36,453 bases of DNA from Batkoa obscura. Taxonomy: Eukaryota. The stretch covers positions 1 through 36,453 of the forward strand of contig JASVEC010000174.1 in assembly GCA_030770535.1 (NCBI GenBank). Reading direction: 5' to 3'. Positions 35,619-36,453 of this stretch are shown here, piece by piece (the first letter of the stretch is position 1; each line of letters opens with the position of its first letter). The notes beneath the pieces are model-generated. The model was not told the DNA's origin and made no database searches. It saw nothing but the letters and a program-made list of their open reading frames with translations. A program made the position numbers and the translations under genes.

Positions 35619-35698
35619 AATACAATTATTCAATAAATATTAAAAACTAAAGATAGCGACAGATACTATTTCACAGCTTTTTTATTTGGATTGTTATA

Positions 35699-36453
35699 TT
35701 AACGGTTAGCATCGTCATTTGATATTTTGGCAATCAATTTATCAAACTGTTTGCTAGCATTTTGAAACCAAGGCTCATGCTCTTTTTCAGAATAAAGTAA
35801 CGAATGATTAATGATGATTTTAGTATTGTTAGTTACTTCTTTAGCACTAGATACAATTTCATCGTTATCTCTATCCCAAAGAGAGGCACCAAGGTTATCT
35901 AAAGAGTCAATGATAGTTTGAGCTGAATCCACTAATTCATCTAACCAAGAAATAACACCATCTGTAGTTACGGAACACTCTTTTTATACATCTCCTATCG
36001 ATTTTAATAAAAACCGTTTGAACTAATTTTAAAATAGATAAACAAGTGGTTATAACTTCTAGCTCTTTTTCATCAAAACTTTCTCCACTTAAACCAAAGT
36101 CTAAATCGGCAAATTCATCAACCAAATCTTTCTCTTCTTTTGAAACTTCTTTTTCTTCCTCATCTTTATCATCCATATTTTCTGCTTCTTCTTTGAGTTC
36201 CTCAATCTCTTTAACTGTATCTTTTATTAGCTCTAGAAAGGTTGACCAAATTCTCAAAGTGGACTCTTTATTATCTATTGGAGCTTTTTTAAGTTTATCA
36301 CAATTATTCCAAACAACACCTATACAAGATAAATAATCATTTTGACTAAAACTAATTTTCTCAACTTTAATATCTTCTTCAATAGTTGTAGGATCATCTG
36401 AAAACGAATTTCCTAATTCGATAAATGGATTTTTATAACATTTTTGGTTAATA
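35699..36453 (-). CDS. GCIP/CCNDBP1-like protein, 3' part (5' end outside window; one frameshift)
   Basis: Frame open from the window end: ...YLSCIGVVWNNCDKLKKAPIDNK...IKDTVKEIEEL. One extra base in T5 at 35981-35985 separates it from ...SWLDELVDSAQTIIDSLDNLGASLW. Confidence 0.72.

Overview
Very AT-rich eukaryotic DNA with short (43-53 nt) GT-AG introns and fungal-type genes; an early-diverging fungus is inferred. The first ~22.6 kb is a repeat-rich, gene-poor island. It holds a Sola2-like DDD DNA transposon family (two near-identical, inactivated copies forming a ~5 kb tail-to-tail inverted repeat, plus older fragments), 23 of the ~25 copies or fragments of a ~98-bp MITE with matching GGGGNTGT ends and 4-bp (mostly ATAT/AAAT) target duplications, three solo-LTR-like repeats and a decayed LINE reverse transcriptase. 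The only host genes I can support in the island are three small intronless homeobox genes sharing an N-terminal LPS[IL]x[DE][LV]FxD[IF]L motif. From 23 kb the window is a compact gene block: type I metacaspase, universal stress protein, DNAJC9-like J-protein, aspartate-semialdehyde dehydrogenase (HOM2), a 9-exon ~880-aa unknown protein with a candidate His...Asn-Cys catalytic module, a small SERTA-like acidic protein and a GCIP-like gene running off the end. All calls are by eye; no database searches were run.
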